Source of the DNA: Octopus vulgaris | Taxonomy: Eukaryota | Length of the DNA stretch: 64,000 nt | Direction: 5' to 3' | Assembly (NCBI GenBank): GCA_951406725.2 | Contig: OX597821.1 | Coordinates: forward strand, 84,754,001 to 84,818,000 | In this document: positions 55,172 to 64,000 of the stretch, piece by piece | Numbering within the stretch: the stretch's first letter is position 1 | Layout: the number at the start of each line of letters is the position of its first letter | Notes under the pieces: model-generated | Databases searched by the model: none | Told to the model about the DNA's origin: nothing | Seen by the model: only the letters and a program-made list of their open reading frames with translations | Translations under genes and position numbers: made by a program

Positions 55172-55600
55172 GGAAGAAGGAGGAGGAGGAGAAGAAGAAG
55201 AAGAAGTAGAAGAAGAAGAAGAAGAAGAAGAAGAAGAAGAAGAAGAAGAAGAAGAAGAAGAAGAAGAAGGAGACGACGACGAAGAAGAAGAAGGAGAAGA
55301 AGAAGAAGAAGAAGAAGAAGAAGAAGAAGAAGAAGAAGAAGAAGAAGAAGACGAAGAAGAAGAAGGAGAAGAAGAAGAAGAAGAAGAAGAAGAAGAAGAA
55401 AAAGAAGAAAAAGAAGAAGTAGAAGAAGAAGAAGAAGAAGGAGAAGGAGAAGAAGAAGAAGACGACGACGACGATAAAGAAGGAGGAGAAGAAGAAGAAG
55501 GAGAAGAAGAAGAAGAAGGAGAAGAAGAAGAAGGGGAAGAAGAAGAAGGAGAAGAAGAAGAAGAAGAAGAAGAGAAGAAGAAGGAGAAGAAGAAGACGAC
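55172..55600. repeat. Long imperfect (GAA)n tract
   Basis: Direct inspection. Confidence 0.95.
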
Positions 55601-55714
55601 AACGTCAAGTCAAACGAACAAACTAACGAGGAAGCCTTTGTATGATTACTAGTCTCTTCTGGAAATAGCAGCCAAATCTTGCTTAAATTAGGCACATGTA
55701 ACAGCTGCGAATGC

Positions 55715-55781
<67 letters not shown>

Positions 55782-56011
55782 GTGCAGTGAGGGGTTCTTC
55801 ATTACACAAAAAGAGGTACAGTACTGTGTCCTGTTCAGCTGGGCAGAGACATTGCATATTTTGCTCGCCAGAATAACGCTGTCCACATGTGTTCGCACAT
55901 GTATATTTGTTGTTTGTGGTAACCCAGTACCCCCCCCCCCCCCCACCAATGAATGTTCCTCCCTGACTATCAATATCGCCACCAACATCAAACACAACAA
56001 CGGATACTTAC

Positions 56012-56238
56012 GCCTGAACAATATAGTTGTTTGGTTGCTTCATGCGTTCCGCGAATGAACTCCTTATAGAATAGCGGCGATGCCAGCCGACCGTGCATAA
56101 ACCATTTTTCACATAACATCCTGATTCTACCTCGAGTACAATTTCAACAGCATATTCGCAGTTGACTCTTTTACTTTTGTAGATATTTGTCATCACATCC
56201 ATGATGCATTTCATTATTTTATACATCCATTTCTTATC
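56012..56238 (-). CDS. STC: Stanniocalcin-like gene, internal exon (equivalent to exon 3), 227 bp, phase 0 to 2
   Basis: Acceptor ttttacag| and donor GC|gtaagt. Translates DKKWMYKIMKCIMDVMTNIYKSKRVNCEYAVEIVLEVESGCYVKNGLCTVGW...YIVQ. Spliced Cys spacing x23, x15, x13, x6 equals that of STC1 as I recall it. Confidence 0.88.
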
Positions 56239-56325
56239 CTGTAAAATTTGGCAGTTGTTAGTAAAAAAAAAAAGAAAAGATTTTGATGGATTATTGTTTT
56301 TCTGTTAATAATAATTTATGAAAAA

Positions 56326-56754
56326 CTAGCAGCATAAGCCGGCGTTGCCCGGGTATGTAAGAGCCCCTAGTAGGCAACGACTAATCCCAATCTAGTCCTT
56401 TCCCTCTAGGGAACGAAGGCGCATGTGTAGGTTGCAATGTCTTCTCTTCACTCGAATACTTCTGTGTATACGATGTTCCTAGCTGTCCCTAGCTGTCGAG
56501 TTGTATCCCCAAGACAGAAAATGTGTTGCATATAAAAAGCTTAGATTCTCGACCCCATGTCGAATTTATAGATTCTTTTCAGAACTGGGGGAACTTTTCA
56601 AAATTTTGGCTGCATTAGTTTTGAATTATGACATTGGGCTATGTGTGTGTCAAGTTTCATCAGAATCGGTTGAAAGCCGTGGTCAGAGTGAGGGTACAAC
56701 CTGACAGACACACAGACACACAGACAGACAAACTGCCGTTTATATATAGAGAGA
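56326..56754 (-). mobile_element. Non-autonomous Helitron
   Basis: Minus strand TC...CCCGGGCAACGCCGG...CTAG. Confidence 0.85.
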
Positions 56755-57288
56755 TAATGCTTAGCTGCCATTCAGAATTCGTATGATTTGGCAGAGGGTT
56801 TCAAACTTTCGCTAGATGTTTTAGGCGCCTATATTGACGGAATAGTTTGTTGTGAATATTTCTAAACCGTAAAGTGTTAACTAAAGTATTTCGTAGATGA
56901 TCCTCTTTAGAATATAATGCAGATTTGAAAGAGAAGCGGAAAGACTTGGAAAACAGCTAAAATATAATAAAATGTTTAATCAAGGTGAAAAGGCACCAAT
57001 GGCGCTACTTTTTAAGCTGATCATTTACTGCTATGAAAATGAAGGATGTGGTTGGATATGGTTTTCTGACATAGAAGTGCAAATATAAGATTAAAAGTTT
57101 GTCTGTGCACGTGTTAGTATATGCATGAGCGCACGTTTACCGGTGTTTTTTTAGGCATGACTATGTGTATGAAATGTGTAGATTAGTAATTTTGTGGGTT
57201 ACCGGATGGATGTGAGAGCATGGCCATATGCATGCTGTGTACGCACGTGCTAGTACGTGTTTGTGTGTGCTTGTTATATTATGTAGTA

Positions 57289-57706
57289 TTAGCAGTATCG
57301 CCCGGCGTTGCTCGGGTTTGTAAGGGAAATAACTATAAAGCATTTTTAGAGAGTTATAGCCAAAAAATAGCAAAAAAATGCATTAAAAATGGAAAAAAAC
57401 TGATGGTAAATTTTTTTTTAATCGTTGACTCATCGTAGACATTTTTAGAGAGTTACTTCCCTTATATAATAGCGAAAAAATGCATTAAAATGGAAAAAAA
57501 TGATGGTAAATTATTTTTTAAATGATGGTAAATTATTTTTTAAATCGTAGACTCATCGTAGACGCGCGCTAATACCCAGAAGGGCTCGATATGAATCACG
57601 ACTATAAGATACCCGGTTTTGGTTAAACTGCACCGCAAAATGTGGGAGTAATTAGGAATCTAAATCGTAGGATACAGACACACAACTTCACTTTTATATA
57701 TAAAGA
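57289..57706 (-). mobile_element. Non-autonomous Helitron (same family as 44916-45311)
   Basis: Reverse-complement homology, including the terminal hairpin. Confidence 0.85.
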
Positions 57707-58294
57707 TATGTAAGTACGAATATATGTATATTTGCGTGTATAATATGAATTTTATTTTTAAGCCTACATGTTTGCGTATGCGCACGCGTGTGTGTTTCTG
57801 TATGTGCGTGTGTGTGTGAGTGAGTGCATGTGTGTGTTTGTGTGTGTGTGTGCACGTGCGCGTGCGCGTGTATAGAGTACATGGGTGATGTGTAAATTTA
57901 CGGCTGTGTTGGGGAAGATGTTACAGAGAGTTGGTTGGTGAACTGGGGCCATGGGGAGTGGATTTCGAAAGGAAAATATGATATATATATCTATGTGTGT
58001 AAGTATGCACACCCTTATTGATACACGGAGACACATACAAGCACAGGAACGAGTAAAGTCGTTTTGTCTGATTTAATGTCCGTGAGTATGTTTGACATCT
58101 TTACGTGGATGTGGTTTTGTGCATGTTTATGTAATTATCTTCGAGGATAAATATCTCAAAAGAAACTGGCTCTTAATTATGTTAAGAGCCAGTTTATCTT
58201 GCTTGTTCACTAATACACACACACATACATATATATGTATACACATATGTGTCTGTATGTGCATATATATATATACACATACACACAGACACAC

Positions 58295-58330
<36 letters not shown>

Positions 58331-58990
58331 GTGTGTTTGTGTGTATTTGTATATATATATACAATGTGAATACAAGAAGAAAGTTGAGAGTATATAGATA
58401 CAAAATTAATTTATTAACAGATGGTTAATGAAAATAAAAATACGTCCAATTTGCTTCAACTTCACACATTACAAATTTATAAATAAAATAAAATTTGCAT
58501 TTAGAATATAATATGAGTAAAATCTCAACAGGGTCAAATAGTTACATGTTATTAGGTTGGGATTTTAAAAACAGATTGAATAATCATAGTTAAAAAAATA
58601 AATAAAAATAAAACAATACAAACACTATAAATTTGTATGTCTATATATTTTACTAATATATGTATGTGTATGTATTTTTAATATATCCATTTATATCGAT
58701 GAGATTTTCTCGTAGATATTGGATATACTAACCATAGGTCGTTTTCAACCCTGTATGAGGAGTATATATCCGCACATTGGAATACATATATATATGACAC
58801 CATCTCTTCATGAGGTTAACATAATCTCTGAATTTCACACACACACACACACACATATATATACATATAAGAGAGATGATCACTAATTGAACATCCATTA
58901 TGCTAGAAGTAGACCCCTACTCAAGAAAATTTAGCAAACGCCAGAGCGTAAGAGAGCAAGACAAATGAAAAGATACAAAATATAATGATT

Positions 58991-59064
58991 AATCACAAAT
59001 GCGATTTCGTTGTTACCACTTATGTAATTACTTACGTAATTGTCCGCAACTCATCAGTGTGATC
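58991..59064 (-). ncRNA. Type I minimal hammerhead ribozyme motif, intact core
   Basis: GATCACA-CTGATGA-GTTG...CAAC-GAAA-T-CGC-A-TT-TGTGATT: 7-bp stem I, 4-bp stem II, 2-bp stem III, AUU site. Confidence 0.78.
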
Positions 59065-59164
59065 GTCATAGCAAAATATAATTTGAAGAACTATACACGA
59101 GACGTCCGCATGAGATTGAACATGTATAGAGTTCTACCAATTACGGTTGGGGTTATCTTTAAAA

Positions 59165-59544
59165 AGTCTTCATTTTGGCGCGCCAAAATACCGGAAATAA
59201 TTCTGCAGAAAATAATTCTTTGCAGTTTGCTAAATTTTTTTGAGAACAATCCTTTCTTAGTGGTAAGACCATAGGGGGGGGTCTATTTCTATCATAATGA
59301 ATGTCCACTTAGTGGTCATCCCTCTTATATGTACGTAATATAATTTTTATGAATCTTCAGATTTTGCAATATGCCAGACTATTGGTTTTAAATTGATATT
59401 AATCAAATTAATATTCAATTTTTCACCCTTATTATTTTAAACTTAAATTTAAATAACTATGTTCTCTTAACCGGCAAAATTCACTGCAGAGAATTATTTT
59501 CTGCAGAATTATTTCCGGTAGTTTGGCGCGCCAATACGAAGACT
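59165..59544. repeat. Inverted repeat pair of about 60 bp
   Basis: TTGGCGCGCCAAAATACCGGAAATAATTCTGCAGAAAATAATTCT and its reverse complement at 59484-59544. Confidence 0.85.
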
Positions 59545-59658
59545 GTTCGCACATTTCTAATGGCTTATATATGCACTCTGTGTTTAAATATGCCCTATGT
59601 GTCAGGTTTGGCGAGAAGTGTTATTGACATTGGAGTTTGTCTCTTTCAAATTAATACT

Positions 59659-59733
<75 letters not shown>

Positions 59734-59901
59734 CAATAACTTTATGTGTCACTCATAGGTTTTCTAAAAGTTTGGAGAAACCTTGCGATGCGAAACTACG
59801 AAACATAGTATAAATTATACTTCACAAATAGGATTGAGGTCTTTCATCAGAGAATGCTTTTTGATGGAAAATTAAATAGCCACGAGTAAAAAAATAAATA
59901 A

Positions 59902-59960
<59 letters not shown>

Positions 59961-59964
<4 letters not shown>

Positions 59965-60149
59965 TGCGTAATACGATAAAAAAACAAGGCTGTATAGATA
60001 TTAGAGCATTTATAGATAGAAGGTCTTACAGCTGTTTCTAGGATATTTATTAATAATATCCCTTCATCCTAGAAACAGCTGTAAGACCTCCTATCTATAA
60101 ATGCTCTACTATCTATACAGCCTTGGTTTTTTATCTTATTAAGCAAAAA
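59961..60149. repeat. Foldback inverted repeat centred on a truncated hammerhead
   Basis: 59961-60044 vs 60066-60149. The minus strand reads GATGA-A-GGGATATT..AATATCC-TA-GAAACAGCTGTA. Confidence 0.9.
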
Positions 60150-60303
60150 ATTCTTATATACACACGCTGACATAGAGCCAACGTTGAACCCCTTATTCGC
60201 AATGTTACCGAATCTGGAACTTAACTATGGTCTTTCTATAGCACTTATTCAGCATTACCTGACACCTTTGGGTCTGAATGATATCATTATCTCTTATAAC
60301 TTC

Positions 60304-60335
<32 letters not shown>

Positions 60336-60743
60336 ATACTTTAATTTTCTTCAGTATTTTCTATTGTATTTTCAAATTTTTTTTGCAAGTACTGTCAAGC
60401 ATGTAGAACATGTCTGTATAGTTTAGAGCCGTCAGTTGAATACAAATTCGTTGTGACTTGCCCATACTGGAGCTAAACAAATATTCTAAGTGAATATACA
60501 GCAATATATACTGTTAGAGTATGACGATAGTATTATTTCGAAACTCAATAATTATCAGAAGCCTCCTACTTGTTCAATAAAGTGTAATTTGTCATTATCA
60601 CTAATGATTAGATTATTGGAAAATTAAAGTGCAATAAGATGTTTATAATGTAATGCAGAGAGAATATTAAAACATGGCACCCTCCTCTCCACTATTTTTC
60701 TTACATCACTCTCTCTCTCACTCTCTTAATATACATACATACA

Positions 60744-60831
<88 letters not shown>

Positions 60832-60929
60832 TTATTTGAGGGAATAAAATCCAAACTTACAGGGAAAAAGAATTCAATTTAGAAATACTAAATCAAATTC
60901 CACACAATATAATATATATATATATAAAT

Positions 60930-61268
60930 ATAAAATATTAGAAAAAAAAACAAACACCTTTTATCAATTCAAAATGAATAATTAAATTACACCATCTAGA
61001 AAATTACATATAATAGAAAAGTTAAAATTAAAATAACAATAAAAAGTAAAGATTAAGTAAATTACAAAAATAATATAATGTATATAATAGGTAATAATAT
61101 AACACCTATTATATTATATTACATTATATTATTTTTGTAATTTACTTAATCTTTACTTTTTATCGTTATTTTAATTTTAACTTTTCTATTATATGTAATT
61201 TTCTAGATGGTGTAATTTAATTATTCATTTTGAATTGATAAAAGGTGGTTTTTTTCTAATATTTATAT
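60930..61268. repeat. AT-rich foldback inverted repeat
   Basis: About 60930-61091 vs 61105-61268. The left extension is homologous to 63885-64000. Confidence 0.9.
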
Positions 61269-61272
61269 ATAT

Positions 61273-61435
61273 AGGCGCAGGAGTGGCTGTGTGGTAAGTA
61301 GCTTGCTTACCAACCACACGGTTCCAGGTTCAGTCCCACTGCGTGGCAGCTTGGGCAAGTGTCTTCTACTATAGCCTCGGGCCGACCAAATCCTTGTGAG
61401 TGGATTTGGTAGACGGAAACTGAAAGAAGCCTGTC

Positions 61436-61516
<81 letters not shown>

Positions 61517-61732
61517 TGTGTTTGTGTTTCTATGTTTGTCCCCCAACATCGCTTGACAACCGATGCTGGTGTGTTTACGTCCCCGTTACTTAGCGGTTCG
61601 GCAAAAGAGACCGATAGAATAAGTACTAGGCTTACAAAGAATAAGTCCTGGGGTCGATTTGCTCGACTAGAAAGGCGGTGCTCCAGTATGGCCGCAGTCA
61701 AATGACTGAAACAAGTAAAAGAGTAAGAGTAA
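61273..61732 (+). mobile_element. SINE family A
   Basis: Homology to 33006-33425. Confidence 0.92.
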
Positions 61733-61902
61733 TAGTATATATATATATAGGTTATGAGAGGTAATGGTGTCAGTAAGACCCAAAGGTATCAGGTAATGCT
61801 GAGTAAGTGCAATGGATAGACCATAGTTACATTATTTTGTCTACTTTTCTTTTCTTGTTTCTCACGCGCGCTTGCAATCAGAAGTTGGCACTATCCACTT
61901 AC

Positions 61903-62063
61903 CCTATGATTCAAATGGTTGACTCCTCTTTTTCCGTCCTCACACCTCATACGTGCACTATGTTGTGGTAGCTTTTTTACACCACAAGGAAACCTTGCAT
62001 ATAAACAATCATAGAAACGGCAGTCTGTGTGTTTACTGAAGTCCAAACATTCTCCTGTGATCT
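61903..62063 (-). CDS. STC: Stanniocalcin-like gene, internal exon (equivalent to vertebrate exon 2), 161 bp, phase 1 to 0
   Basis: Acceptor ttctgctttcttcatgtttcag| and donor AGG|gtaagt. Translates (E)ITGECLDFSKHTDCRFYDCLYARFPCGVKKLPQHSARMRCEDGKRGVNHLNHR, with C-x8-C-x4-C as in the STC N-terminal cysteines. Confidence 0.88.
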
Positions 62064-62124
62064 CTGAAACATGAAGAAAGCAGAAAAAGTCAATGGTGCT
62101 CTGACATAGATTTTCATCGAACAA

Positions 62125-62835
62125 AAGTACCTGAATGAACGGATTATATTGTTGTTATTAACCAGAAGAATTTTATTTATATAATCACATTCTTCATGTT
62201 CTTTCTCTGTTCTTTATCCTAATCTAATTTTGTTAATTATCAGTGTTGTAGTCATAATTACATCTAAAAAAAGAACACGTTTTTGTATGTCGATCCGACA
62301 CAACTTCATATGCAGTAACCTCTCGCCATATCGTTGTTCACGGATTGCGGTTCACCTATCGCGGTTAACCAATCGCGGTTCACCTATCGCGGTTCACCTA
62401 TCGCGGTTCACCTATCATGGTTCACCTATCGCGGTTTATTATTTAAGCTTACGTCGATTCCTCCGTGGTGTTGTTTTGCATTTATGATAAAATAAATAAA
62501 TACAAATTATAAAAATAATTTTAAGAAATATACAATACAGCACTTCGTGGATTTCTACCTATCGCAGGGGTTTTGGAACGTAACACCCGCGATAGTCGAG
62601 GGATTACTTGTTTTCCCTTCTCCATACGATTTTTCCTTATTAGCAGTTATTTTTCTCGTGTTTGATATTGAAATTGTTTTATTATTAATATTCAGTTTTC
62701 TCCGTTTACTATTTATTTATCTTCCTCTCTTGTCTTTCTTGTTATCATAATGTTTTTGTTTACTTCATGAATGAAATTAAGGATCCATAACCTGAAAATA
62801 AGATTAATAAGCTGTTAACTTTCAACAGCAATTAG
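62125..62835 (+). pseudogene. nad3: NUMT: degenerate mitochondrial trnI - nad3 - trnS1, interrupted by a MITE
   Basis: PFSMRFF/LLAVIFLVFDIEIVLLL at 62615-62690 and LLHEWN*GSMTWK* (TGA=Trp) at 62760-62801 match ND3. A trnI-like stretch (ctgaatgaacggattatattgttgtt) lies upstream and a trnS1-like stretch (aataagctgttaactt) downstream. Confidence 0.8.
62313..62610. mobile_element. MITE (Tc1/pogo-like TIRs) inserted in the NUMT
   Basis: Left end CAGTAACCTCTCGCCATATCG and right end CGCGATAGTCGAGGGATTACTTG are inverted. Internal 15-bp repeats GGTTCACCTATCGC. Confidence 0.7.
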
Positions 62836-62890
62836 TAATTCTTCTGTTTTATATGAATAATATTTCTCACGGATACTTTTATATTTTTTA

Positions 62891-63273
62891 CTAGCAGTAT
62901 CGCCCGGCGTTGCTCAGATTTGTAAGGGAAATAACTATAAAGCATTTTTAGAGAGTTATAGCCAAAAAATAGCAAAAAAATGGAAAAAAATGATGGTAAA
63001 TTTTTTTGAGAGTTAAAAAAGGTCGAGTTGCGTCCCCTAGACAGTCTGTGGTCTGTGTTTCTGATTCTCGACCCCATGTCGAATTTATCGATTTTTTTCA
63101 GAACTGGGGTAACTTTTCAAAATTTTCGCTGCGTTAGTTTTGAATTATGACATTGGGCTATGTGTGTGTCAAGTTTCATCAGAATCGGTTGAAAGCAGTG
63201 GTCAGGGTGAGGGTACAACCAAACAGACACACAGAAACACACAGAGACAAACTGCCGTTTATATAGAGAGAGA
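62891..63273 (-). mobile_element. Chimeric non-autonomous Helitron
   Basis: 3' part matches the 57289 family and 5' part matches the 56754 family. Confidence 0.85.
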
Positions 63274-63814
63274 TTAAAGTGATCTCGCATACATATTATC
63301 AAAGGCAATCTAGCCATGACTATCCTGCTTGTTAAAAAGTGCTCCTTTTTCTTGTTTTCACACATTGTCTATAAGAAAAAAATGTCTTCTCTGCAAAAGG
63401 CTTTTCAGCATTTCAGTGTCTGTCTCCGAATATATCCTTTCTATTATATTATGCACAAGTCTTGATATTGCATCAACACCAGGGTTCTACTGGAACTTAA
63501 TTTATTCACCGACGAAAGGCAGAATCGACCTCGGTGGAATCTGAACTCAGAACGTAAAGACAGACGAGGTGCCGTCAAGCATTTTGCACGGTGTGCTAAA
63601 GATTCTGCCAACTCATCACCAGGATTCTCCCCGAAGATATGAAATATAATTGTACACAGATTCATTAAAATATATCTTGTTTCGTCCAAAGACACATCAG
63701 AAACTAAATCAATAGCAAGGAACAGCAAACATACATACCTACATACAGACAAAACAATTCTAAATAGATATACTTGCCTGTAAATATGTGAGACCTTCGT
63801 AAGTCAATATTGAT

Positions 63815-63891
<77 letters not shown>

Positions 63892-64000
63892 AATAATAAA
63901 TATTAGGGAATAAATCCAAATTTACAGGGAAAAATCAGATTTAGGATTGAATCCAATTTTATAGTAAAATATAATATAATATTAATTAGAGACAAAACCA

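Noticed and set aside
55138-55995. Poly-Glu (plus) and poly-Leu (minus) long ORFs
   Set aside because: Products of the (GAA)n tract within an intron.
62131-62197. Signal-peptide-like first exon for STC (MKNVII*IKFFWLITTI*SVHS, phase-1 GT donor), possibly rescued by RNA editing
   Set aside because: It has two TAA stops and a weak donor, and the stretch is better explained as the antisense of the trnI/nad3 NUMT.
63620-63665. Alternative first exon MNLCTIIFHIFGENP
   Set aside because: The apparent donor is the head of a SINE B copy, and the signal peptide is poor.

Overview
AT-rich, microsatellite-dense animal nuclear DNA, most likely from an octopod cephalopod. This is inferred from octopus-type tRNA-SINE families and a NUMT with the trnI-nad3-trnS1 order. 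The only host gene I can support is a minus-strand stanniocalcin-family gene: three spliced exons at 62063-61903, 56238-56012 and 51473-51377, with 10 Cys in STC spacing and intron phases 1/0/2. Its first exon was not located. Almost everything else is repeat-derived: several tRNA-SINE families, RTE, CR1 and R4/Dong-like LINE remnants, Tc1, mariner and Chapaev-like DNA transposons, non-autonomous Helitrons (including a head-to-tail array of about 2.1 kb units), and a Penelope GIY-YIG fragment. The most unusual signal is a dense set of Penelope-type minimal hammerhead-ribozyme motifs. These include a G3-C8 core-swapped variant, U4C variants, a tRNA-headed SINE with a hammerhead tail, a candidate non-circularly permuted hammerhead family, and asymmetric foldback elements abutting (TA)n tracts. 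Most ORFs in the supplied track are microsatellite artefacts. All calls were made by eye without database searches, and repeat boundaries are approximate.
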